In this document: positions 35,429 through 49,601 of the stretch, one piece after another
How positions within the stretch are numbered: the stretch's first letter is position 1
How the letters are laid out: every line of letters starts with the position of its first letter
DNA from: Paraspadella gotoi
Taxonomy: Eukaryota; Animalia; Chaetognatha
Assembly: GCA_051294375.1 (NCBI GenBank)
Contig: CM119266.1
Coordinates: 222,012-286,011, forward strand
DNA length: 64,000 nucleotides
Direction: 5' to 3'
Translations under genes and position numbers: made by a program
Notes under the pieces: generated by a model
Told to the model about the DNA's origin: nothing
Seen by the model: the letters and a program-made list of their open reading frames with translations, nothing else
The model's database searches: none

Positions 35429-36920
35429 TCTTCTCTCTCTCTCTCGCAGCCCCCCCACTCTCTTTCCCCCCCCACTCCCTGCGGCGTGAATTCACGCGGG
35501 CCGCCGACGTGAGGGGATCACCAGCGCCTCATTGAATCCCATCCAATTTTCACTCGACGCGTTACGAGTCTCATCATTGTCTCTTTTTGACGTCGTCGTC
35601 GTCGTCGTTGCGTGAATTTTATTGTTATTGTGGTCGTAGCTGCGTTTTTTTTTTTCTAGATAATTATAAATATTACCTCGCCGCTATCGAAGAGTTGTTT
35701 GCGTTATTATTTGATTGTACCACGTTCAAATAGATTAAATTTCTTTTTAATTTTTTTTCACCGTCTGCAATGTACATTGTACAATGTACAATGTAGTCGT
35801 CGTCGTCGTCGTCGTCAGTGTCGTCGTCGTCGTCATTGTCTTCAGTGTTATTTAGACTTATCAGTGTCAGCAGTGTCGGCATTGTCGCTTGTCTCCGGTG
35901 TCATTATTGTTGTAATGCTCGTATTCGAAGTCGTCGTCGACATCGTCGTCGTCGTCGTCGTCGTCGCGCCCCATTGTTATTGTTAACCGCACGAGAGTCG
36001 ATTGTGTTTCGCGGGAAAAAAAAAACGAAATCCATTAAACGGAATAATCGTCGCCGCGCGAGAAGAGAACGAGGAGATAGGAAGGAGAGAGGAGGAAGAA
36101 AGAGGGGAGGAAAGGGGGGCGAGGAAGAGGAGAGGAGGAAAAGTTAAAGAGAGGGAGGAAAAAAGGATAAAGTCGAAGGGCGAAGGGCGAAGGTAAGAAA
36201 GAGAAAGAGTGAGAGGAATTGAACGAGGGGTTGGGAAGGAAAAAGGGAGGGAAGCGGGCAAAGGAGCAAATAGATGAGGGGGAGAAAAGGAAGAGAAAGA
36301 GTGAGAGGAATGGAATTTAAAGGAGAAAAAAAAGGAAAGAAAGGAGATGGAGGAGAAAGTTAGCGGTATAGAAGGAAGGAAGGAGAAAAGAAAAAGGAAG
36401 AAGGAAAAAAAGAGGACGGAGGCAAAAGTGACGATGCAGATTTTACCGGAAAAAGATAATGTGGGCGTCGTTGAAAGATTAAAATTTGGTACAATTAATG
36501 ACATTGACGATCGACGTCAATATGACAAATTGACAACTGTGTTGAGATTAATTACGTTAACGAACAATTCAAGTGGAATAAAAAAAGATAACCACGCATC
36601 GTAAGCCGATGACGACGAAAACGACCCACGATAATCCGCTTCTAAGAAAAGATTGTTCCGCAATAAAAATAAATTTCAAAGATAAAGCTTAAATAATCAC
36701 AATGGGAAAACCCCACAGTTTTGTTTTTAGCCTCAGCCGCTTCGGTTTATTTATCGCCGCTATTGTGAGTTGCTCCTTTGTTCTTGCTTTGTTTCGATTA
36801 TCGCCTCCAGGTTCGCGTGGTGGAAAAAAAAGCTTTTTGTTTTGGGATAAAAGAATGGATAGATCCAGGGTGAAGAAAATAAGGAAACCAAAAAAAAGTT
36901 ACCGACCGACTTTTTTGAAA

Positions 36921-36972
36921 ATTAGAAACGAGAAAAAGTGACAGAAGGGATTTGAGATTAGGTAAAAAAAAA
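36921..36972 (+). repeat. Short dispersed repeat, second copy at ~39760-39810
   Basis: AATTAGAA(A/G)CGAGAAAAAGTGACAGAAGGGATTTGAGATTAGG(T/C)AAAAAAA occurs twice. Confidence 0.75.
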
Positions 36973-39233
36973 AGATTATTCGAAACAATTACGATCCAAT
37001 CCACATTTGGACAAACAAAAACTTATCTATTTTTTTTTAGCCGCGAGGAAAAGTAAATGCGGCGATTTTTTTCTGAAACCGCGATTTTAACTCAATTTAG
37101 CTTTTTTTGAAAAAACCCGATAAAATGGAACCAAGGTCCAAAGCTAGGGCCACCGTCTGTCACTGGAATAAGAATTTCTTCGCCCGTGAAATTGCAATTC
37201 GTCGGTTGGTAGATGTGAGACCAAGTTGAGAAAGAAGACCCTTTCACCTCGATGGAAGAAAGACAATTTTGATTTTTCTGTCCCCTAAATCTGAAAGACA
37301 AACATTTCCCAGCGCGAGCTATCAATTTATAAAGGAGATAGTTCACGGTTTTATCCTTTTGTTTTCGAGAAAAAAAAAAGTTAAAAAAAAACCCCGAAAT
37401 TTCGTTTTGTTGTGAAAAACAAAGAAAAAGGTAACGAAATCTTTTCATCGACGTTGACAATGGCGGGACGGACGCCGCCTGCAAAATCCTTTCATCGTCG
37501 TCGTCAGCATTGGCCTCATCGACGTCGTACAATGACATCAATGTCGTCGGCGTCGGGAATGTCATTTTTTTCGTCGAGTTTCCCGGTTTCTGTTTTGATA
37601 AAAGATTTAGTTTTGATATTAAAATATTTTTTTAAAGGAGGCGGATTAAAGATGAGAGTCAATGGAGGATTTAAAGCTTAAGAATATTAACTCTTGGTCA
37701 CCACTTGTCTTACTTCTCAATTTGATTCATTGAAAAATTCCGAGGCTTTTTCTCTTTTTTTTTCGTAAAATTTGAAATCATTAATATTCAAATTCGTAAT
37801 AATTCCTATTCAGCGTCATCACCTTAAACACATTCAGGCTTCTTTTTCGAAACGTCATAACGTGACATTTTGCGATGACAACTCGCGCTTCGCTGTCGAC
37901 TTCGTCATTATCATCATTTTGCCATTTTGTTTATTCAGATGACGACGAACGCGCAAGCGTAACGAAGATGGCGTTTGTCGACTTCACCCACGATCCTTTT
38001 TGGGTGCTATCATCTCTCTCCTCCTCTCTCTCTCTCTCCTCCTCTCTCTCTCTCTCTCTCTCTCATCTCTCACCTCTCTTCGCATTGTTCCGAATTTCCA
38101 AGTCGTTGCTAAGCGACAATTTTTCCTTGTTCATCGTCCTAGTTTCCCTTTTGATTGTTATTTTGTTTATTCTCGAATCCCATATGTCTGTTTACTTTTC
38201 CTCGAATTTATTTTTAATTCAAAAATTTATTTTGAAGAATATAAAAACAATATAAAGACAAAATCAGAGTTAACTGATGGGTGAACATCCCAGTACGTTT
38301 GAAGAAAGTTTCTTTGGCCAAAGTGAAAGATGACAGAAAGAAGCGAGTCATTTTTTGGCAGCGAATTTACCGGGAAACTCGATCGTATTTTTTCTCTCTC
38401 CTTTTTGAGAAACATTTATTTATTATGCCTTTTATTTACGACGCACGCCGGAATTTCTCTCTCTCTCCTCATCATCCCACACCCTCTACTCTCCTCCGGA
38501 CCATCTCTCCTCTCTTTCTCCTTCCCTCCTACTCATTCTCTCTCTCCTCATCATCTCCTCCATCTCTCTCTCTCGATCTCTCTCCTCCTCTCTCCTCCTT
38601 TCATCTCTGCAAACCTCGATTCCAAAACCCAAACATTTCGGTTAAAACTAAGCGAACGCTCGAAGTTCATCACAGGTGCCGGCCGCTCCGCCGCCGAACC
38701 GCAAGACGACGACGACGACGACGACGACGCCACTTGCCGCAATCGAATACGTTGTTGTCATCAGTTAAACTCGAGGTTCATACGCGAAAGTCTCGAGGCA
38801 AGAATGTCAATTATGGTCTCGTGACAAAACTGGTGATGTCCTGATAGCTGTCGTCATCTAAACTGACGTGATGAAAACTGGGGTGAACCGTTCGGCACCG
38901 AGACGCCCTCTCTCCAGAAACATGGAAGAAATATGAAGAAGACGACGACGGCGATGACGACGACGACGACGGCGACAGCGATGGCGATGACGACGACAAT
39001 TTTCCCCGTGAAGAGAGGAAAAACGTAGTTCGACGATAAATCAGAAGAAAAAAAAGGAAATAAGAAGGAAAAGTGGAAATCATTCTTTGAAAGGAGTTTT
39101 TTTGGGGAAGGGGAGGGGGGCGGAAATGGATGAGAACTGGAATGTAGTGAGTGAGGGAGAAAGAGAGAAGAGAAGAGAGAGAGAGAGAGAGAGAGAGCAA
39201 AGAGAGAGAGAGAGAGAGAGAAAGAAGAAAGAA

Positions 39234-39269
<36 letters not shown>

Positions 39270-40585
39270 AAATTTATAAACAAATAAACAAACAAAGAAA
39301 AGATGGCAAGAAATAAAGAGAGAGAGGGAGAAAAGGGGGAAAGAGAAAAGGGTCACTCACAAGAATTCCTCATTGAGTCGAAGGCGAAAAGGACATTGAC
39401 GGACCCAAAAGGTCAAAAGGACAAAGAGATTCTGGGTCACGTATCGAGTAAGCGGCGTGACGAGGTCAGAGGTCATCGTGGGTGGAAAGGGATGAGGAGA
39501 TGAGCGACCGAAGAAATGATTATGAGGAGAAATAGAAGTTGAAGAAGCACATGTGGAAAATGGATTTTCATTTTAAATTCTCAAATTGTTATTATCCTTT
39601 CATTTTGTTGCGTATTTATTAGCAAAAATCTGTTTTTTCCTTATTCTCAAATTGTAAAAAAAATTGCATCTTAATCAAAGTCCACGTGATTATAAGTACA
39701 TCCGCAAAAAGGTGAGAAAGTATTCGAGAGAAAATTGAAGTTCTCCTTCTAGTTGGAACTAATTAGAAGCGAGAAAAAGTGACAGAAGGGATTTGAGATT
39801 AGGCAAAAAAAATATATTTCTTTATAGATGAAATTATTTTCATTTCACATACCGATTTTTTCAAAAAAATATTGTACGTTCATCTCCAACTTTTATCGAA
39901 GATTCAAAGTATATATTTATGACACATCGTCTCAGATCATATTTCCATAATGTTATTAATTTCAATCTTCACAAACTTTCTCTCTCCCACCCTGTCATAG
40001 AATTCTCCTTCTTTCTCCGCCCCTCCTCCTCCTCCTCCTCCTCCTCCTCCTCCTCCTCCTTCCGCTGCCATTTGGTTGGCAACGCAATTTCCATGGATTC
40101 CCTTTCCAAGGCCTCCGCCGCTCCGCCGCTCCGCCGCCCTGCAGCTCCGCCGCTCCGGTTCCATCGGCTTCTGAATTAATTTACCTGTCGAGATTTTCCA
40201 CCGAAAAGAAAAAAAAAGGAAATTCTTTTGTCCCCCCCCCATTTTTTTGGGAGGGTTGGCTCATCCCCCTTTTTATGACACCACAGAGCCGCGACGTCAT
40301 GTTTCCATGACGTCATGTCTTTTATGACACCATATGACACAACAAGCGCCCGTGAGAAACCTTGCATTGCCTCGGAGCGCATTCTTCTTTTTAACATTAG
40401 GCTAAATTATAGTGGTTTATTAGTTTTTATTAGTTTTTATTAGTCCGCGTTATGTCGGATTTAAGCTCATTTCTTGTCAGTATCTGCTTATTCCTCTTGG
40501 TTGTCCGTTCACCCATTTTTTCTGTCAGCAATGAGCTTCATTAAATTCTCCGTCTCGTCCTCCGCGGAGAGGAGAAGAGAATTGA

Positions 40586-40680
<95 letters not shown>

Positions 40681-40891
40681 TAAAGAGAGAATCTTTAACA
40701 CCTTTGATACGATTTCAAGACCTCGTACTTAATCCCTTAATTCTGCACACATTCATACTTACCCATTTCATACTTCACTCCTTCCTACTATGAAATTCAT
40801 TCCACCCACATCCCAACCCAACTCGCCCCCCCCTTTCTAGCAACGAGCTTTCCCACCCTCGCCCGCGGAAGACGGCCTCTCCCATCATCAA

Positions 40892-40927
<36 letters not shown>

Positions 40928-40976
40928 CTCTCTCCTCTCTCTCGTCTCTCTCTCTCTCTTCTACTCTCTCTCTCTC

Positions 40977-41277
40977 TCTGTTCCGCCTCATTTTCGCTAA
41001 CGTTTATTAATAAAATAACCGAGAATGAGTGGTAGGATAGAGAAAGGGAGGAGGAGGAGGAAGAGAAGGTGGAGGTAGGAAGAAGGCGAGGAGAGAAAAG
41101 AAAAAAAAAAACAAGATGAATTCAACGGTTTTTAGGCGACAGAAAACGAATGTCATTCACCATAGAAACGTTCCCCTTTCCTCTTATCTCTTCTTTCTCG
41201 TCGTTCTCTCTCTCTCTCTTCTCTCTCTCTTTCTCTCTCCTCTCCATCTCTCTCTCTCTCTCTTCTCTCTCTCTCTT

Positions 41278-41309
<32 letters not shown>

Positions 41310-42005
41310 CTCTTCTCTCTCCCCTCTTCCTCTCTCTGCTCTCTCTCTCCCTCTTCCTCCTCCTCTCTCTCTCCCTCTCTCCTCCCCATGGTAACCGCTA
41401 GATTGAATCTCGAAGCTCTCTGTCTCGCGATCATCTTGACGACGCATCGCGCAAGAGTGAAAGAGAACNNNNNNNNNNNNNNNNNNNNNNNNNTCTGTTC
41501 CGCCTCATTTTCCTACGTTTATTAATAAAATAACCGAGAATGAGTGGTAGGAAGAAGAAGAGGAGGAGGCAGGAAGCGAACGAGAAGGAGGACGCTAGGA
41601 CAGCAAAGGGAGCGAGAGAAAAAGAAAAAAAAAAAACAAGATGAATTCCACGGTTTTCTAGGCGACAGACAAACGATGGTCATTCACCATAGAAAACGTT
41701 CCCCTTTTCCCTTTCTCTCTCTTCTCTCTCTCTCTCTCTCCTCTCTTTCTCTTCTCTCTCTCTCTCTCTCTCCTCTCCTCTCGTCCTCTCTCTCTCTCCT
41801 TTCTCTCTCTCCTCTCCTCTCTCTCTCTCATCCCTCTCTCTCTCTCTGCTCTCCTAGTCTCTCCTGATTTCTCTCTCTCCTCTCTTTCTTCTCTCTCATC
41901 TCTCCTCCTCTCCCCCTCTCTCTCTCTCCCATGGTAACCGCTAGATCTGAATCTCGAAGCTCTCTGTCTCGCGATCATCTTGACGACGCATGCGCAAGAG
42001 TGAGA
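40977..42005. repeat. ~500-bp direct duplication either side of a gap, probably an assembly or haplotype artefact
   Basis: 40977-41468 and 41494-42005 share the same unique blocks (TCTGTTCCGCCTCATTTT..., CCATGGTAACCGCTAGAT...) and are separated by Ns at 41469-41493. Confidence 0.8.
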
Positions 42006-43569
42006 AAGAGAGAGAGCGAGAGGCGATAATGTCTTGGAACGACATTGACGACGACGAAAACGACAACGACGAAAACGACGACGACGATGCTCAAAATGCG
42101 GTCCATCTTCGCGACCCCGTCGTGTCATCGGCGAACAAAAGACGGGGGTCTCTTGTTCACATGGCGGGAATCGTCGCGAGGCTGGCCTGCATCGATTATG
42201 TTCAAAACGTTAAAATAAATTCCGGAAGAAACTCAGTCGTCAGTAGCGTCGGGCTTTTTGCTCGCTTCGTCGTCGGTCTGCTCGGCACCATTGACCTATC
42301 TAGAACATCTCACCTATCATGTGGACCCAAACGCGCCATAATGAATTGCCCTCTACCTAGAGCGAACGTCTAAAATGCGCAAAAAGAGGCACCAAGCGAA
42401 ATGGCGGAACATATGCCCCTGATCGTGCCGACGAGCAACCGCGATGCACGCCACAGGAACGCAGTGGGGTTTGCCCGGAGAAGAGCGAATTTTTGTGGGC
42501 TCGGTTTATTAATTGGAACGGACATTCTTTCCACGGCACCTGAAACTTTTTGTCAAAAATATGAGAGCAATGAGACGAGATATTATAACATTGCTATTGA
42601 AGATATTATTAAATGAGATATATCGTAATAAATCTGCAAGTATATCATTATCTGACTACTAGTCAATAATATTGAATATAGGGGATCCATCTGAGCCCGC
42701 ATCCGAGTTCTCGAACTCGAACGTTCCCGATCACAGATGCATCCTTTCATATTTCACTTCATTCAAAACTGCATAGTCAAGGCCCATACAAATTATCAAT
42801 CAATGAGAATGGGGGATAGAATTTCGAGAGCAGGAGCAAAGAGCACGGACGTTCTGGCGGGTGCGGAAAATATGGGAGGCCATTGCCACGGACACACGGG
42901 AACGCGGCGCCTGTTAAATAACAATAAAGAGCAAAGCAACCACTACGATTCCATCTTATAAAACGTCTGATGAAAAGCAGAAGGTTTTTTAAACTCAGAG
43001 GTAAGATACTGATTTCTATGTCTCAATTCCAAAAAAATTTCAATTTCAGTGTTTGGTTTAAATTCATGGTTTGCTCGTTTGTTTAATGTCAGGTGCATTT
43101 GAACCATTAAAAAGTAAATAACAAAAGGTCATTTGAAGAGATTAGCTGATAAACTGAGATGATAATCGATGAGAAAAGCGAAGAGAAAAAGAGTCAATCC
43201 GTCATCTTGCGGCAGTTTGCTGCAATTTGCGGCAATTTGCGGCACCGTGAACGAAAACAGATCACTTCCCTCTTTCGTCAAATTCCCTTTTCTCTCTTGA
43301 TACAGACTTTTTTTCTTCCATCTTCTTTCAAATGGCGTTTATTGGTTTCCAGATGGACGCAAGACGAATAAATCGCCAGGAATACGTTGTGACAAGAATA
43401 TCACGATATATATTGCTTCATCCTTGTACCAGCGTGAAAGATTTGATTTGCTCTCTCTTAATATTTATATGTTTTAATATAGAACAATATTCTTCCTACA
43501 GGTAAGAAAGATTTTTTTTAACAATTTTAATAAGTGGGCTGAAGATGACTATCCGTAACTTCTTTAACC

Positions 43570-43755
43570 CCCTACTAGCAGACCGTGGAACGGGTCCTGG
43601 GCTTTAGAAACCAGGCCTTGAGGGTTTTCCACGCCCCCCAAGGCGGCTTTATGGCCGCCTCACACTTCCCGCAGGGTAGGTACCGGTTGGGATTGAACCC
43701 CGTACCTAGTGGTCTGAGCTGATAGCTTCTAACTCTCTCAACTGAAGAGGCCGGG
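43570..43755 (-). mobile_element. tRNA-derived SINE, family B (single copy in window)
   Basis: Minus strand reads CCGGCCTCTTCAGTTGAGAGAGTTAGAAGC...GGTACGGGGTTCAATCCCAACCGG, a tRNA-like head with B-box GGTTCAATCCC, followed by a GC-rich body in AT-rich surroundings. Confidence 0.6.
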
Positions 43756-43887
43756 GTAAACTTTGCTATGCCCGACTACAAAGTTGGTTGTTGTGATGTT
43801 ATAGAAAAACATTTATTTTTTTATGTGATAATATTTATAACAAAAGATATTAAAAACTTTTCAAACAGAAAACCACTCTTTTCTCTT

Positions 43888-43933
<46 letters not shown>

Positions 43934-44219
43934 CTTCTCTCTCTCTCTTCTCTCTCTCAAAATAAAAGGGATAAACCCCTCACGCAATTTCTAATTGAAA
44001 TGCCTCTTTAGATCAATTTGAGATTTTGATTGAATTTTGACTCAACGAATTCATCACGAGGAAAGAAGGAAAAAAGAGAGAGAGAGACGCATGAGGAGAG
44101 AGAGAGAGAGAGAGGAGAGAAGAGATGAGGAGATACGAGACGAGAGAGAGAGTGAGACGGGGCGAATTCATCATAACCGATCGAATCCTTTTCCGCGACT
44201 GAAAGTGACTGATTAGGCG

Positions 44220-44257
<38 letters not shown>

Positions 44258-44828
44258 TGACCGCTCAAACGTCGTCGTTATCGGCTTTTTTTTCTCCTCT
44301 TTTTTCATTTTCTTCTTTCCTCTTCCTCATTTTTCTTTTTCCTCCCTTTCCTTCCATCTCCTTTTTAGTTTGTCTCTTCACTTATTTCTTTCAACTATTT
44401 TCTTTTTTTCTTCAGTTATTTCTTTTTATATTTCTTTTTCTTTTCTTTACTCCCTATGATCTATTTCCGCATCTTCTGTTTTCGTTTCGGTTCCATCTTC
44501 TTTCCTTTCCCTTTTATTACCCGATACCCAACCTTCTTTCTTCCATATCTTCGTCTCATACTGAGTTGTTGATGTCAAACTTTTCTCTTTTTTTCTTTTC
44601 CCGCTTTCCGCTGGAAACTTTTCTACCCTTTTTAGTTCTTTATAGCTCTTTCTTTATCCTTTTCCCTTCGTAATCCGTTTTTGACATTTTTCTTTCTGAC
44701 CTTTGCTTCTTGTTCTATAAAATTTACTTTAGAATAATGCTATTTGCCTGTGACGTTACTATACAACGATTAAATTATGACAGTAATTTCTTTCGTCATA
44801 CACAATATTTAAAAACAAAATTATTTTT

Positions 44829-45240
44829 CAATTTTTCTATACGCCCATATTTATACATAGTACTCACCATAGAAAATGTCGAAATTTTAAAATGTTTTTT
44901 TCTTATTTTTAAAAGCAGATTCGAATTCCTCACGAAAAGTTGCTAGAAGGAAATATAACTCTTTTTAGAAAATTATTTCATTAAGTGGGTCAAAATCCTA
45001 AAAAACTATTATAATTAACCTAAAATTAAATTTTAGTATAAAAAATATAGTTTTTTGAATTTTTGGCTAACTTAATGAAGGAATTTTTGATTAAGACTTA
45101 TATATTTTTTTTTATTATATATATTTTCTTTTATCCAATTTTTATGAGGAATTCGAATCTGCTTTCAAAACTAAAAAAAATTATTTAAAAATTTTGACAT
45201 TTTCTGTACTATGTATAAATATGGGCGTATGCGAAAATTG
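44829..45240. mobile_element. Foldback/MITE element, almost wholly palindromic
   Basis: TACGCCCATATTTATACATAGTAC..AGAAAATGTC..AAAGCAGATTCGAATTCCTCA is mirrored by TGAGGAATTCGAATCTGCTTT..GACATTTTCT..GTACTATGTATAAATATGGGCGTA. Confidence 0.8.
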
Positions 45241-45551
45241 AGAAATTTTTAAAAAAATTATATATCAATGTTCTTTAGTACAAGACTGTTCATGAATTTT
45301 GATCTGCAACTTTCACTACTTTCACAACCTAACTTTATTAATTGTTTTAACTGACTTATCAAAATTACTCTAGACGCCACTAATGAAATATATCCCTACT
45401 TTACCTTACCCCCAAGAATCTCCAACCTTTCCTCTCCATTAAGGCGTAGTGAAAGTTACATACAAAAATTCTAAAAAAAGTCAATTATGAACAACATACC
45501 ATCATCGTGAACTATTAATTTGTAAAAGAAATTTAATTTTAGGTTTTTTTA

Positions 45552-45938
45552 AATTTTCGCAGTTAGGCTATATTTATATATGTACTAACCTTATAAAATT
45601 AAATTTTCAAAATAGGCTCTTCTATAAATATTGAATTCCTCGATCCTTCTCAAAATTGATAAAAAGAAAATATATAATCATTTTTAAAAAATTCTTTCAT
45701 TAAGTGGGTTAAAAATTAAAAAAAACTATATTTAATAAAAAATTTAATTTTCAGTTTAAATATAGCTTTTTCTAATTTTTGACCCCAAATAAGGAATTTT
45801 TTTCAAAAAGAGTTATATCTTTATATAACTTTTTTATGACGAATCCAATCTGCAAAAAAAATCTTAGACAAAAACTGTTTTGAAATTTAACATTGTATTG
45901 GTTTAGTACTAGTATAAATATGGCCTACTGCGTAAATT
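45552..45938. mobile_element. Second, diverged foldback element related to 44829-45240
   Basis: AATTTTCGCAGTTAGGCTATATTTATA..GTACTAA is mirrored by TTAGTACTAGTATAAATATGGCCTACTGCGTAAATT. It shares internal motifs (GAATTCCTC, TTTCATTAAGTGGGT) with the first copy. Confidence 0.65.
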
Positions 45939-46690
45939 GTAAAAATTTATTATATAAATTTTGTTATTACATAAATTTTATTAATATAATGTGTTCGTTC
46001 TTCCTCACTTTAGAATTTAATTAATTAATCAGATTACTACGCCATATCTATCGTGATCACTATTACCCTTAGAAGTCCATGATCTCCTAATTCTTAACCT
46101 CCATATCGTGATTCACTGCCGCATTGCTTCGTCCCTAATATCATATAATATATGGCATATCAAAGAACTGGCTTAGGAGCTGCTTCCGTTCGGTCCGGAG
46201 TGTTCGCGTGTTGACTTTTTTCCGTTTGTTGTTATTGGATATAAACGGAAAGAATCGAATCAATTTTTTTCTCGAATAAATTGGAAGATAATTCCTGATA
46301 GATTCGAGGCGTCGGTTTTTTTTTTTTTTTTTTTTTTTTTTCTTTCTTCCGTGCGTCTCGCATGAGAAAATCGATCGCTTAAGGGGACCGCTGGCGATAC
46401 CGGCCTTCGGATGTTGTGCATTCAGCGTAAATGGTTTTATTTTAGTTTGGGATGCTAGCTTAATCTTAAGTTGTTTTATGAAAAAATAAGACGATGGACA
46501 AAAGTAAGTAAATCAAAGACTTAACTTTTATATTTACATTTCGACATGTGATCACAATTCATAAGCATTTAAATTGGTAGTTGGTTTCACTCGTCTTAAA
46601 TAAATTGTTAGTTTTTGGAATTTTAAATATACAAGCTAAAAATTGCTACGAGCGAGTGTATGTTTGACATTTTAAAGCTAAAGACTCAAA

Positions 46691-46730
<40 letters not shown>

Positions 46731-49601
46731 GGAGAGAGAAAGAGAAGAGAGAGACGGAGGGAGAGAGAGAGAGAGGACGTATAACCGTGTCCCTGTCTTG
46801 CGATTCTTTCCGGCCAAACCTTTCAATCCGGTCGGCAACTTTTTCCGTTAATTGTGGAGATAATCTCTCTACCTCTCTCTCTCTCTTCTCTCTCTGTCAG
46901 CCGCCTGCGACCTCTTTGGGGCGCCAAAAGTCTCGATCGCTGTCGTCGTCGTGGACGTCGTCGTCGCCACAGCGCCAGCATATTCGCCGCAGCTTGAATT
47001 TTCTTTTATCTTTTTAAGATCTAAGATTTTTATCTCTCTCTCTCTCTTCTCTTCTCTCTTTAATTTTCCATCTGACAAGAGATAAAACGTTACGAAATAA
47101 CGGTTTAATTGAGAATTTTTAGTAAGATTGTCTAAAGAAAACAAACAGAAAAGTTTTACAAAATTTGTGTGTTTTTTATGCCATACCTGAGCCCTAAAAC
47201 ATACCAATTACAATTAACTTATTGTTAACTTTTACATTAACATACCCTTAATTATTAACTTATTATTAAACTAATTATTTAACTATTTTTTATTTATTTA
47301 CAAATTAAAAATTATTACAAAACCTTAATAAAATTTCTCTAAAATTAATAATGCTTGTGATGCCAGGGCTTTGGTCTGTTTCAGATAAACATTCAAGATA
47401 TACCTTTAAAATATAAGATAAGCAAACAATGAAAGGATCACCATTTGGTTGATGGCTCGCCTATACCTGGATATTGGGATTAAAGAGCCGAAATCCATGA
47501 AGGTATAGGTTCCCAACTGATGACCTTCCCATTGTATAAACATAAAAGATAAAAAATATTCAAAAAAGAAATAATTAAAAAATAGGATAAAGAAAAAATA
47601 AAATTTTCATTAAAGTATTTTAGAATTATATTCATGACATAAAGGTGCCCCTATAGACCTTTCCCCAGTTTTATCCCTATCAGAACATACAATTCTACAT
47701 GGTAGTCTTATCCCTATTGGTAAAAAAACATATATAACGTTGGTCCTCTCAAAATAATTACCATTCCCACCCCTTTCTGTTCAGCCTCTTAGATATTATG
47801 ATTTTCATTAATGACTTTCTAACAGAAATGATGTGTGATATCTATTAGAAAACTAGGACAGATAGTAATCTAACCTTGTGTTGTATAGATGCTCCCTCTA
47901 TTTCCAGAAGACAACACTGACTTCCCTTCCCAAATTGAATTAATAGATAAATAAAACATTTTTAAAAAGAAAGCAATATATGTTGAATAAATAATATAGA
48001 TTAAATACTAAATCTTTCATAAAAATATTAAAATATTAAAATAGGATCAAGAACAAATGAAAAATAGTGAAACAAGTAATTTGCAAATTTTCATACATAA
48101 AATTTTTGGTGACCAGAAGAGTATTACAAATTTACAGTATTTGTGATAAAAACTGTCAATGATCCTGGATTAATTCAGCGACTAAATCAATTATCAAACT
48201 ATAACCCAGTTTCTATCTTCATTTAAATCTCCAAACTTTGATTCCCCAGTCGGCCCTATAATTTATTCCTGTTCCACCCACTTCATTCTTAATTCGATCC
48301 GGTAATTCTGCCGACTTAATTTCGGATGGCGAGAATTTTACCGCAGCCAAAGGGTCATTAAAAACGGAATCTGATGTCTGAGATCGAATTTTCGTTTTTA
48401 ATCATTCTCTATCTGTCCCCCGATTCGGATAACAACTAAATTCTTTGTTCCCTTCCCGCGCTCTCGCTGTAAACGATCCCACTGCGTTACCGATTTGGTT
48501 TTTTTTTTCTTTATCTATTAATTAATTTTTTGTTTGTTTTTTTTTTTGGTTTTTTTATTTCGTTTATTTTTTCGCTTTTATTTTTTACCTTATGTTACGT
48601 CATAATTGTTAAATTTCTTTTCTTTTTTGGTAGTGCGGCACATTTTGTTCAGCGGGCGCTTTTTTTCTTTTCAATCTTTCTTTCTTTATCATTTTTCATG
48701 CTTTCTTCCCATCTTTATTTTGATCTGTCTTTCTGTCTTACTATCCATCTTTCTTTCTTACTTACTCACTTTTTTCCTTCACTTTCTATTTCTTTCTAAC
48801 TTTATTTTTATTTTCCTTTCTTTCTCTCTCTTTCCCTTCTCTTTCTCTTCTCAGTATCCCACCCTCCGGCATCGACTTAACTCTTTGTCAAAGAAGAGTC
48901 AAAATCTTCGCTCTCCTGATTGACATGCGAGTTAATCAAGAAATCGGCGTGACCGTGACGGCCGCTGCTGCCCGATCCCGCCGCTGCTGGCTGCGGCGCC
49001 GGCTGAACCGGCGGTAGAGGCGGCAGCGGGGGTTTTCAAAAGTCCTTGTCAAGATTTCGGATAATTTTTGTGGTAGTGGAGACTGGAGATATGTAAGCAA
49101 TGTAAGCTTAGGTAGTGAAACAGTGGAATGCATGTATTGAAGAAGTGTTACAAAGTTGGCCTCAAATTTTTTTTTTAGTCGGATCTGCTTTCAGCAGATC
49201 CCGACTCCATAATTCACTTTGTCGGTCCATCGGTCCGCCCCCTCAATCTTGTCAGGCATTCACTTATATCATGTCAGAACATCGAATTATGATAAATTAT
49301 GCAAAAAAAACGATGTATGTCCGTCCGTCCATCCGTCCGTCCGTCCGTCCGTCCGTCCGTCCGTCGTCCGTCCCAATTACTCGTGATTGGATGGATGGAT
49401 TGGAATGAAATTTTGTGTGTGGGTAGGGAAGTGTGTGATTGAGCTGGATATGAAGTTTCGATGGAATCGTCTGAGTGGAAATGAGTTTAAATGGAAAAAA
49501 CAAAAATATATTTCACTATTTGAACACCCATTACTCATGATGGATGGGGCGATTGACTTGAAATTTTGTATTTGGGTAGAAAAGTGTGTGATTAAACGAG
49601 A

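Noticed and set aside
47350-47930. Possible LINE reverse-transcriptase remnant (GDPF-like peptide on the minus strand)
   Set aside because: Too degenerate to support without a search.
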